Assembly: GCA_036172245.1 (NCBI GenBank)
Contig: JAYWIR010000048.1
Location: 1 to 64,000 of the forward strand
Origin: Raillietiella orientalis
Lineage: Eukaryota
Direction of reading: 5' to 3'
Length of the DNA stretch: 64,000 bases
A program made the translations under genes and the position numbers. The stretch's first letter is position 1. Every line of letters begins with the position of its first letter. A model generated the notes under the pieces. The model was not told the origin of the DNA. It made no database searches and saw only the letters and a program-made list of their open reading frames with translations. Below are positions 47,159 to 58,106 of the stretch, piece after piece.

Positions 47159-49190
47159 TTGATAGCTAAGGTTTGGGCAGAGCGGTTGCGACGGGTTGCC
47201 AACATCTTCATCAGCCCGGAACAGACATATGCTGTTCCCGGGCGAAGCATGGAGGCGAACCTGTTCCACGCTTCCACCTGGCTAGAGCTCCAACAAGGAA
47301 GGAGCTTGGTGCGCAGCCGGAATTCCGGTGCGTGCGCCGGCGAAGGGTCAGATGGTCGGGTGGGGGAGGAAGCCCTTGCGGTCTCAGTCGACTTGCGCAA
47401 AGCATTTGATTGCGTCGACCAGAATCTCCTTCTGGAGCTTCTGAGATGCTTGGGCTTCCCGGCCTCATTAGTGGCCTATCTGCGCTCCAGCTGGCGCTAC
47501 GCGCTCATCAACGTTTCTTCCAGCGGGCAGACAGTGCACGGCGTGTCGGTGCGGCGTAGGATCCGGCAGGGAGACAGCCTGAGACCCTTGCTCTTCAGTA
47601 CCTACTTTGAGTTGGTACTGAGAGCGTACAGGGGAACTCTGGCGCACCTGCCGCACGACTGTGCCGGTAACCCGGCCGTTTCAGCGTACGCGGACGACCT
47701 TCTGCTGCTGCTCCCTATGTCCACCCCGGCTTCGACGGTCGAGTTCTTCGACCTGCTGCATCGGGGAACCGGACTTACGGTGAACAGGACGAAGTCGCCC
47801 GTGATGTCAGTTGGTGCGGCGTGGGCAGGGCAGCAGGACTGGATCCGTTTGGGGATCCTCACGGTGAGGTACTTCAAGTACCTTGGTGTGCCGTTGGGGG
47901 ACTACTCCCCTGCTGAAGCGTGGTCCGGCTGCCTCCAGAAAGTAGAGACGGCGATCGGCCCGTTCCTAAACGGCAGGTTTTTCCTTCCTGAACGGGCCGC
48001 GGTTTAGAACACGTTCGCGGCTCCTCTCCTCCGCCCCCTGCTTTTTGTTTGCCCTCCACAGAGAAAATTAAAAAGCGGACAAAGGACCTCCTCCGTATCG
48101 CCCTTCGGGGCAACGGGAGGGTCCGTTTCCGCTTAAAGTGCTTGTGCGCTCCGCGTCGGGACGGTGGTCTCGGCCTCCTGACATTGGTGCGGCTGGAGCT
48201 TCAGCTCCAGTTCCGCTTGTCGGCACTCGTTCCAGAGTTGTGGTGCACCTGCTAATGCGTCCCTGCACGTCTCCTTCTCCAGCAAGCCACCGGTAAGACG
48301 GGACTCACGTCGTTTCTTGCACTCCGTCGCCTCGTCAACCAATGCGGACTTCAGCTACGGAGGGTGGCTGCGCTGACACGGAAAAACCAAGGATTGATCA
48401 CCTGTCGCCCTGCGAACGGTAGTGTCTGGTTGCAGAAAACCGTTCGCACGTGGGGACAGTTCGGCGTGCAACGCCCCCAACAGGAACGACGGTTCCTGTT
48501 TGGGGGTTACAGAAGCTGCACGCTTCGTGAGATCCTGTAGGATCCAAAGAAGAGAGCGTGGGCAGGAAGAACCTCCCTCGCTGCTGCGCTGCCCTCCCTG
48601 ATGGAACATCTGGACAGCGATGTTGAGGCGAAGTGGGAGGTTACAGTTACAATCTTCGGGAAGGAGAAGGAGATAGGAGAGTAGAAGACGGGTCAGCTGA
48701 CTGACGCTGCCACCCCGAGTATGCCTCCCCATGGACTTTTACGCTAAGGCGCGCTGCTCGACGTTCCCATTGAACGTTTGAAGTGGCTCCCAATACTATT
48801 GAACACCTCCACCTTCCCCTTAAAATGGCAGGAGTCGGCTCTCCTGTTGCAGCACTGGGGACTTTCTTGCAACGCCCGCCGACACCACTGGACCTGGGGA
48901 GCGGTGAACCCCAATTGCGTCAGGTGTGGGGAACGGGAGTCCCTGCCCCACCTGCTTGTGGATTGTGTTGCCCTTCGGCCCCTTTGATTCTTCTTTGCCG
49001 CTGCCTTCGGAATCCCCTGCGGCAACCCCAGGGACGCTCTGAAAGCCCTCTTCGTTGCTGACGTTCTTCGGCCAGCGGCCTCGTTATCAGCCCTGTTCTG
49101 CCTACGCGGGATCGTCGCCGCCTGGAGCAAGGCTACCGGAGGACCACACGACCAGTGTGCCATCTAGCCAGCCTCCGAATTCATGAGGAG
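47159..49190 (+). mobile_element. LINE family A ORF2 (RT to C-terminal domain), decayed
   Basis: WAERLRRVANIF (matches 1280-1515), DLRKAFD, RQGD, YADD, KYLG, CVRCGERESLPHLLVDC (matches 1850-2080). Confidence 0.9.
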
Positions 49191-49207
49191 CAGCAATACA
49201 GATTAAT

Positions 49208-49428
49208 TCTTCGCCAGCAACTTGGCGTCCGCGTTTATCACGGTAATCAGCCGAGAGTTGCTCATGCTCCGAAGGTCTCCTCCCTTATGGAGGAGACGCA
49301 CCTTTGCCGAACGAAACGAGGCGAGGACGTCTCCCATTTCGCGGATCAGCAAGGTAAGTTTCTTTACCAGGGGGGCGAGCTCTGCCGCCAAACATTGAAA
49401 AAATTCTGCTGGCAGGCCGTCCTTCCCT
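49208..49428 (-). mobile_element. Short family A RT fragment
   Basis: DGLPAEFF...SFRSAKVRLLHKGGD...NADAKLLAK. Confidence 0.8.
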
Positions 49429-50023
49429 CCACCTCTTCATCGAGTGTATCGCCCTTCGACCCATGTGGGATCGACAGTCAGCGATCTTGAACATTCCTAG
49501 GGGCGACTCGGAGGACATTTTCCGTCGCTTTTCATGGAGGACGTCCTGCCAGCAGCCGCGTGTATGGCAGTTTTCTGCTGGATACGTGGGATCTTGGGAA
49601 AATGGACTGTGTCGAGGAGATGACATAAGAGCAGGAACGCCATTCTCTGGGCGACTCAACATTGAGAAAGCTTCCCTATGGTCCCGGCTGAGAGCATTAC
49701 TTCCGGCGCTTGTCCGCATCCTAAACAGGATGCAGAGGACCACTCGGGGCGAACGATGTTCCCTTCCCAGCCCTCCCTTTTCCTAAAACATTTCTCTCCT
49801 ATTGGTTTTTGTTTGGTTTTTCTGTTTTCCTTTGAGGTTTTTCCTTCCCCATTGCCTCCAGAGGGGATCTCAGGGGTCTGCGAATTGGCAGCGGCAAGTG
49901 TGTCAAGATAGGCGGAACCACGTGTTCTTCCTGCACATATTTATAACTACAAGACTTTACTGTGAAATTTTTTTCTATTAAAAAATGTGAAAAAAAATTC
50001 TCCCGGCATATCCGGGTGGTAAA
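49429..50023 (+). mobile_element. LINE 3' fragment of another family (G)
   Basis: HLFIECIALRPMW homologous to HLLVDCVALRPLW; T-rich UTR; cccggcatatccgggtggtaaa terminus at 50002-50023. Confidence 0.65.
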
Positions 50024-50169
50024 TTTCCGCTAAGAGGCGGTAAAATCACGTCATCCAAGTATGCAGAGGTGGGGTCACGCCCCATAACTCAATAGTCCCC
50101 CGCCTTTCCGGCGAGGGCATGGAGCGTGGGGCGGTGCAGCGGCAGAAATTCCAGATGTCACCGTCGAAG

Positions 50170-50790
50170 TTGTTGCCTACATCCGGGAGGGCTATAATCC
50201 CGCCCTCCTTCACAGGGTAGGTAATTTGTATTCGCCTCTCCGGATGCGAAAATTCGAGAATGCCATCCTTAGGATGGGCATTAAGGAAGAGGAGATTGCG
50301 TGCCTCTCCGTGCGCAGCTGTGGCCACTGCGCCGAGTTAACCTGCAAAGCTCTAACTCTCAGACCGCTGTTCACGTCCCTACAGATGGAGGGACGCAACA
50401 TCCTCCCCCACACGGTGGACCGATCGATCCTGATCCATGCAACGGGAAGAACGGTGCGAATGGACGAAACGGCCATTCGCAGCGAAATTGAAAAATGCGC
50501 CGTGATTCATGTGTAGTGGAGGAAGCCCAACCTTTTCGGGGTCAGGGCCGCTTTCAGTGGGCGTGTCGCTAAACGCGTGACCTTGCGCAAGGGTTTTGAA
50601 CTTCCCCACAAACTCCAGCTCGGAGGCGAGTTCGTCGACGTCGGGTGAGTGGGTAAGCCAAAGTTTTGCGGAATTTGTAAGACGTTCGGGCATCTCAAAA
50701 AGAGATGCCTGGACGCACTATGCCCAACTTGTGGCGAGAAGGGTCATACCAAAGTGGTGTGCCCAAAGAACATCGCTTCGCCACCGTCGA
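50170..50790 (+). pseudogene. Degenerate ORF1 relic (A-like)
   Basis: GYNPAL..VGNLYSP, DRSILIH, GKPKFCGICKTFGHLKKRC, CPTCGEKGHTKVVC. Confidence 0.8.
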
Positions 50791-53099
50791 AATCTCCCCT
50801 AGAAAATAAGGAATTCTTACTTTACCCTAAAGTTGACATTGAAGAATGTTCAAAAGAAAGAAATGAATGAAAGTTTCCTTTACAGAATGGATTTGAGCAT
50901 TGCAAGGTAAAATGCATCTTTTATTTTTGCAAGGATACCCAGAAATTCAGACTCCTGTTCTCCTGGATAAATCTACCTGAAATTTTGACTTTGCAGCGCA
51001 GTGTGTTCATGTCTATGTGAAGATTGGTGAAAGGGTTATCGGTGGTGCTGAGAAAGTAAGTGAAGTTACCGGTGGCCTGGTTCTGGTTGCGAGGATGAAA
51101 AATAAACAGTTGGTGTATTGATATCAAACGCATTTTTGTACATGAAGAGGTTTGGGTAGGAAAGCTGTAAGCTTGAATAAGTCCTACAGTTACTTCCATG
51201 GCAACAAGTGGAAATTAGGGTATGAGGATGATGGGACCATTTTAGAATGCCAAGGCGAGAATTTTTACCGTGGTGGTGATGATGAAACCATGTGGGTTGA
51301 ATTTTGAGATTTGTGCTTCTATGAGTGAAGGGAGAGAAAATGATGTGTTTCGTTTCCACGTTGCGTGCATTGGATTAGCCAGATTGAAGAAATGTGATAA
51401 ATGGAGATAGTTGTATGGAAGGTCGCAATGGGATGGTGAATCAGGAAGGTTCGGAGAGGAGAGTAGCTGCCGAGAATGTTTATGGTGCAGGTGACTGGAG
51501 ACAAGAGGGTCAAAAACAGAGCAACGAAGACATTGGGAGATACTTCAGAGAAGTCATCGGAAAGAAGAATCTCTAACAGATTGCCTCTGCTCACCTGAGT
51601 GGTGTACGCAGGGCGCACGAAAACTTGCCATAGCCCCTGGAATCCCGAGATGGCAATAACTTGGTGAGAAGGAGTGGGTTTATGCCGTCGTGATCCATCA
51701 AAAATTTTTCCCAACTACTTCCTCCAGAAACACATTCGTTGCGAGAATTCTTTCAATTCACCGTGAAGACGCCTACGATGCATCATCTGTGGGAAGTATG
51801 GAAGCTCGAGCAGACATGCTTGCGATGTTTTACCTGCATGATCTGCAGGAAAGCTCGCACGTTTCAAGTGGAAACTCGAATTGGGAGCATATCATTGCAA
51901 GAACTGAGGTGCCTGCTGCAGAAGCCTGGCTCAGCAGTCGTCATTTCCCGAGTGTTGTCTTCAAACTTGGCTCGGAACGGAAGAGATTACGTCTCCAGAG
52001 ACGCATCCTGAAGTTTATATCCACGCACACTTCTGAGAGTAGTGCACGTACGGCTCAAACGTCTGGCTCATCTCAAGTTTGCAATTCTGAGAAGGCGGGC
52101 TCAATACTTTACAGAGACACATAACTTTGGTTGTTTTCAAGTGATAGAGAATCTCAAGCATGCTTGCACTTATGATTTAATTTCGCAGATGCAATTCCAG
52201 ATTGCATACAAAAAAGCAGGAGAAGGTCCCAAGTGCTCATCTTAGCTTCATCTGAAACTCACGGAATTTGAAAGCAACTCCATTATTCTCAAATTTTCTG
52301 TGCAGATTATTATCACCATTCGAATAGAAGTGCCTCAAGGTGCAACATTCGCGTTTCTCGTATCAATTCACGTATTTTCGGAGATGCTCGGCAGCAGTGT
52401 AGGGCCGTGACTGCTTCTGCATCGCGGATGTTATCCTAGCTGGTCAGCTTCGTTCCCTCCCGTCCATTCATTCATCGCTATTGGGCTGCTTGCCGCAGGC
52501 TGCAGATTCTGGAAACCCACCCATCGCCGCATGTGCTTTCCAACGGCGAAGCTGCGAGTTCGCTCCCCATTGATCGAGCAACACGCTGTGCTTCTGCCGA
52601 GAAATATCATCGTAGGGAGCCATCAGCTAAGCCCATCGCATAGCTTTCAGTGACAGTACTGAATTCTGTGCACGAACAGGTCAGATGATCAGATGACCTT
52701 TGACTCTTACGCACCGCGCTTGCGACCTGGATTTAATGCGTGCATTGCTGTTCGTGGGAACTCGAAACGAAAGACACGTTCCTGGTGGTTTAACGTTCAA
52801 ACGCACTGCAGATTGATGGCCTTCTTCGATCATTCCGCTGTATTCGGAAATGAGAATAAATGAGAACCATAAACTGTCAATTTTTTCAGTACAAGGCAAA
52901 AAATGACATGTTCTTCTCTCATTATCAGTTCTTTTCTTCGTATTCTGCGGGATCCTGTGGACCATGCCAACCATTTCCTAGCGCGAATTCCAGCGTGCAT
53001 GGGGAATCTGAAGGAAACTCGCACTCTACACCGAACGGAGTTGTTAATGTCAGGATGTAATGCAACTTTGCCTTTTTACTGAAATAAATAAAGTTTCGG

Positions 53100-53964
53100 T
53101 TAAAAAAGAAGACATCTTCTTTGAAAGAGTATGCTGTCTATCAATAGTGGTATATGTACTTTTATGCCGTGAATTCTGTGAACGTCATGGATGATTCTGA
53201 TAAGAAGTTTGGATTGGGACGTTGGTATTTGCATCTCAAAAATTATATTGAGATCAGGAAAAATCGTAATTTGAACTTTGCCACCCCGAGCCACGCAGTC
53301 AAGTTGATAACCGTTGCGAGGATCCATTGCCTTGCAAGTTTATCAAAGGTGATAGAAAAACTACGAAAAGACAGCATCGCTGATCAGCGGCATGCTGTCT
53401 TGCCTTTCATAATGCCGAAGATGGAAAGCACCGAGTTGCGCGTTCATCCTGTGATGAAAATCGCATCCAGACGCAGGACAGAAGTCCCCATTTGGATTGC
53501 ATCTCGTATTTGTGAGGAAATATCAATGCAAATGGGGTAAAGCAAAGTCCATGTTTCGATGCTGAAATGGAGAGGTCTCTTACCCATTTTGAGGTGAGAA
53601 TATGCAATGAAGCTTACAGGGACCTTCAACGAGGAAGACGGTTACATACTCCGGAAGCCCGCTGTCAGTCTGACAAAACCGATATGGCAATCCTCAAGGC
53701 GTACTGTCATCTTACCGTGACATCGACAGAGCATCGTTCTTTACGTTTTGTTGGCAATACATCGGGTCCCCATCCTATCCAGCAAACATCCATAGACGCA
53801 CCCAGGTCATTTGGAATTTCGAGAAAAAATGAACAGTTTCCATTGTAATTCCGAAATCTTAAGTTATCCCAATGATGGCGGAGCTTCATAGAGTTTGCGG
53901 CAGACATGCTGATTGCCAAGAAAAGAACTACGGCCAGCAGTAGCAGCTGAAACGTGTGAGTCAT
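53100..53964 (-). other. Possible host gene/pseudogene for a secreted protein (fragmented)
   Basis: MTHTFQLLLLAVVLFLAISMSAA resembles a signal peptide; further same-strand short ORFs 53444-53629 and 53100-53327. No recognisable domain. Confidence 0.25.
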
Positions 53965-56229
53965 CTCCTTGCAAAATTTTTCAACGTCGTGCATGATCCA
54001 TTAAAGGATCGACGATTCGGGGTAGCAAAAGAACCCCATTGCCATGCACCCACCTCGATTCCCCATGCGCGTGGGAGTCTTCGACGGAGGCGAAAAGTCT
54101 TTGTCGGCATTGCAGCGCAGCGGTTGCACTTTCGCAACGCAAGGATTTCAGCTAAGACGTCCACTTTTGCGTCCCTGCGCTTCCAAGACTCCTGCGACCC
54201 CATCCCGAGATGCACCTTCATCTCAGAAACCTTCCGAAGTTTTGCGTTTCACCGGTAAGGCATCCCAAGCATCGGACCGCTTTGCTATGAGTCTGCTGCC
54301 CGTGATGGCTTACTTGATGACGTGATGGCTTCTTTAGCATTGGTCCCGCAAGCGCACCTTCCGCATTAGCCACAGAGTTCAACAAGAAACGCCCTTAAAC
54401 ACACTTCTAGCTCATGGTGATGCAAGGGAGGAACAAAGATGAGTTCAGCCCGCATCTCATGGAGCTATCTCTGAGTAGTGGCAACGCGCGTGCCGCGGTT
54501 CGAGAAGCGGTTTGGAGTCCCAATCCACAAATCAGGAGCGAGCTGTCACCTGTCGCGAATCGCCGTTGGCAGCCCTGAGAGTAGGAGCCTCGGACTGCGC
54601 AAGCATCCTAAGATGCAGGCCGAGGAGAATTGATTTATTCTGTCCTGAAGGAGGAGAAAAGGAGGAAAACAAGTCGACCAGTCGATCCTGCGCTCCTGTC
54701 CGCAGGTTCGTATGAAGAGTGGCTAGTCAGGCTTTTCCAGACTGAAGAGAAAGGAATGCAAAAGTCTCTCACCATGTGCATCCTCGAAAGAATCATTTCT
54801 CTTGAATTTTTGTGGATTGCCTACTGATGCCTACTGGAGACTCCGATGCAGCAACAAGACGCCAGGTAAACTGGAAGGGTGAACTGCGAGGTGAGCGCTC
54901 TTTCTTGAGAATAAATGAAGATTCCGCCGATGTACAAGTGTTTCCGGCTATCTCATATGCAGTTATCGCGAAATGCATAAACCTGGACGCAAGTGCTGGA
55001 AAAGAAAACCGGCGTCATCTTCACAGATGTCAATCACATTTTCTAAGATGTGTTTCTTGCTTGTTGGAGAGAATTCTCGCAAATGTTTCAGGTCCACAGC
55101 TGCATTTTACTGCGCAGTTGGTCAACTTTTATCTTAGCGTGGTCTATGCACAGCACTGTTCTCACACGTTCCGTGAAAGCAGCAGCTCATCCACAGCACC
55201 CCCAAATAGAAGGTGAGCAGCGGACGAGGGGATTTCTCCCTTACGTAGAGAGAACATATGTTTGCCAGATATGCGTATTTCGTGGTGCATCACATAGATT
55301 TTGAAGATCCCACTGTTTCGGAATTACTTTAGCAGATTTGCTTCGCTGAATGAGGTTGCGGGGAAAGAAGCGAATCACCCCGTATTGGGATCCGCTTCCT
55401 TTGTGCCCTCATGCAGTTTCTTCAAAGACATCGAAATGTTCTTCAAAGCATACAGTGTAACAAGCAAGTCAATCTACTGTGAGGCCTTACGTTCAAAGGA
55501 GTCCTTCGTACTTCTAGCTCTTGCTGAGCCAGGTCTTCTCCTTTTAACAGGATCAGACCAAACACTGCGCAGACCGAAGTGATAAACAGCTTCTCCGTCG
55601 GGACTTCCGTCGATGGATTGATGATTCTTCTCGATGACCAGCAACCTCTCGAGTTTGTTTGTTTTTTCTTCCACCACTTAGGCAAAAGCTTTTCACAGCC
55701 CGGCCTGCGCTAAGAGGAAGACGTTCAGCCGGTGGGGTAGTGGTTCTTCCGAATGATAGGAGGTGCGGAAGCAGCCCAGGGCCGAGGAGCGAGCGAGCTG
55801 GCGAACGCTGCAACTCCACATTCTCGGGCAATGGGATCCGCTGTGATGGTTGGGAATGTTGGGTCGTGCCCTCTAAGGAGCGCCTTTTCACCAGGTTGTG
55901 CCCGAGCCTCCAGCGTGTTTCTCGCCCTCCCTGTGGCCGATACCACAGGGTGAGCAACGGCTTTTAATTCCAAGAGTGACCTCGATGTCGGGGAGAGGTT
56001 TCACATTACGGATGACCCTTGAACGTGAATTGACTCTCCTGCAAATTTCAAAAGTTGGGCCTGGCGAATTCCCTGTGGCAAAAGTCGAATCGGAGACCTC
56101 TCCGGAGGCAGCGGTTGCCTCAACGAGCAGGGATAAAACCATGAGCTTGCTGACCAGGACTTTTTTTTTCCATGGGTGCAACAGTTGCCCTTAAATGCAA
56201 GTAGATCTGATATGAAATTTTTTTTTATT

Positions 56230-56720
56230 CCGTTCCTTCAGGAAATTCAACGTTTCCGAGTGCGCTCGACGAGTGCTGGTAACGCCTGCAAGCGGCAGCT
56301 GGGGAGAGCTATGAAGTACAAATGTAGTCTTGGGCCACCGCCTACTAAAGTCGACAATGTGTGTAGGAAGCAGGGATGTGACCCTTCCTATCCCCAAGGG
56401 CCAATCTGTGTTCATCCATTCAAGGGGGGTTGCTGCCGATGTGCACAAGGATGCGGTGTTGACCGAACTATCAAAGTGTGGTGCTGTTTATGCTGTTTGG
56501 CGCAAAACAGGTGCTATACTAGCCTTTCACCACATTCAGTGGGCTGGAAGAAACGCGCATTCGTGCATAAGATAGGTCGCTCATCTTACAAGAACTATGC
56601 ATCAACGACGAAATCGAAGAGATGCGGTATGTGGTTAGGCCTAAAGTTCTACACTCTGCAAGGTCACCGAAAGCAAACATGAGGCGCACTCGCTGCGCTT
56701 AATCTGCGATAATCTGGCAA
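56230..56720 (+). pseudogene. Highly degenerate ORF1 relic
   Basis: QSVFIHSRGVAADVHKDAVLTELSKCGAVYAVW aligns to RSVVVHMTGI..AVGEELRKYGEVHALW. Confidence 0.55.
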
Positions 56721-57572
56721 TTCCAGGCAACGTGGCAAACTATTTCAATTGAAAAGGGTGCACGACAGGCACAATTTTCCGAAAAAGGAACGCGGGCACA
56801 AAGAAGGTAGTGGCGCTCAAATCGCCTAAAGTGGAGGATGCAATGGATGTTTCCGGTTTACCTGGGAGCTAAACAAACTTTGGCAGGTGAACTGCCTGAA
56901 GAAAATGACGCACCAAATTCAGAAAGACAGAAGCCTTCCAGAAAGAGCATTGCATACGAAGAAAATGGTACCGCGAAGGAGACAGAGGAGGAAAGCGCAC
57001 GACGTGCAATGCGAGCAGAATTGACCAAGACGATGCCTAGGGAGGAAAGCGGCTGGTGGCAAATAACGACACTACTGATATATTTCTCCTTGCACGCGAC
57101 CTTCTGGGAGCTGGCTCTGCCGAAGGGAGAAACATCCCATCGAAAAGGCCCCTACGGGCTCTGGAGCATCAAATAGCCTCGCGCGACTCCGAAATGAAAT
57201 ACTTCAGCGCGACAAAATCGCTTGGACCGGACCGGGGAGGGCACCTCAAAGCTCCTAGGGGGAAAGTGGTTTTCAGTGAGCTCCTCCTCGTTGTTGCAGG
57301 CAACAAGGATGCGTTCCTCCAAAGAAGCGTGTGTCCCCGGGAAACCCATGCTCCACGGACTGCTGCCGTGTTGAAGAAAAGATTCGACGCCAGCCGCGTC
57401 ATTTCCGATTCGCGCAACTCGCGTGTGCTGCGTTTCAGAATGCGTGCGCTCACGCTGACGGTGGTGCGGGGGTTCACGCGTGCACAGGTACGATGGTCAT
57501 GCGCATCCTTCACGGAAAAGGAACACGCACGCCTTCGATGGCGCGTGTGACCACCTCCGTTAGCAGCGTACA

Positions 57573-58106
57573 TCATCGTACAAACGCGGATAGACGAAAC
57601 CGTGAAGCAGCAAGATAACCAAGGGGGTCAATTCTCTGCGAGAATCGGGAAAAAGGGAACGAAGCAAAGAGACTTTCGATGAAGGGCCCGGTTGGGTTCT
57701 TTCGCAGGTTTGTGTGCACCACTGTGCACACCACCAGGATGAACCTACAGCCGCCAAACGTGTTTCTTGATTGCGTGCTCAGTCGATTGTGTGACATCAG
57801 CACATCTGTGTTCAGCAGCCATTCTGGTTGCTTAGCAAAAGAGATTTTTCCTGAAACGCGTGCTGATTGTGAATTCGGTTCTCGGAGCGACTCGTGGATT
57901 TCGTGGAACAGATCGCAAATCGCAGCATCGTACTCATTATGAATCCATTCCTCATCTATTTGGCCGCTGTTTGTGAGTTCGGAACATCGTAGCAGATAGC
58001 GAATATCATCCAGATGGAATTCGGATCTCTGCGAATCGACCACCTCGGATTCGCTCTCTAAGCAAAGCGGAAAGCGATTCTCATCGCTCGCTACTTTGAA
58101 ACACAT
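57573..58106 (-). CDS. Hypothetical 177-aa ORF, unknown
   Basis: Length and protein-like acidic composition only. Confidence 0.2.
   Translation of the reverse strand: MCFKVASDENRFPLCLESESEVVDSQRSEFHLDDIRYLLRCSELTNSGQIDEEWIHNEYDAAICDLFHEIHESLREPNSQSARVSGKISFAKQPEWLLNTDVLMSHNRLSTQSRNTFGGCRFILVVCTVVHTNLRKNPTGPFIESLFASFPFSRFSQRIDPLGYLAASRFRLSAFVR

Noticed and set aside
49915..49931. ccacgtgttcttcc as a 5' motif
   Set aside because: Imperfect match that lies inside an apparent 3'UTR upstream of the 50002 terminus.
1..50000. LTR retrotransposon/retrovirus (gag knuckles + RT), or bacterial retron/group II intron
   Set aside because: The RT is preceded by an APE endonuclease; I see no protease, RNase H, integrase or LTRs; the architecture is LINE.
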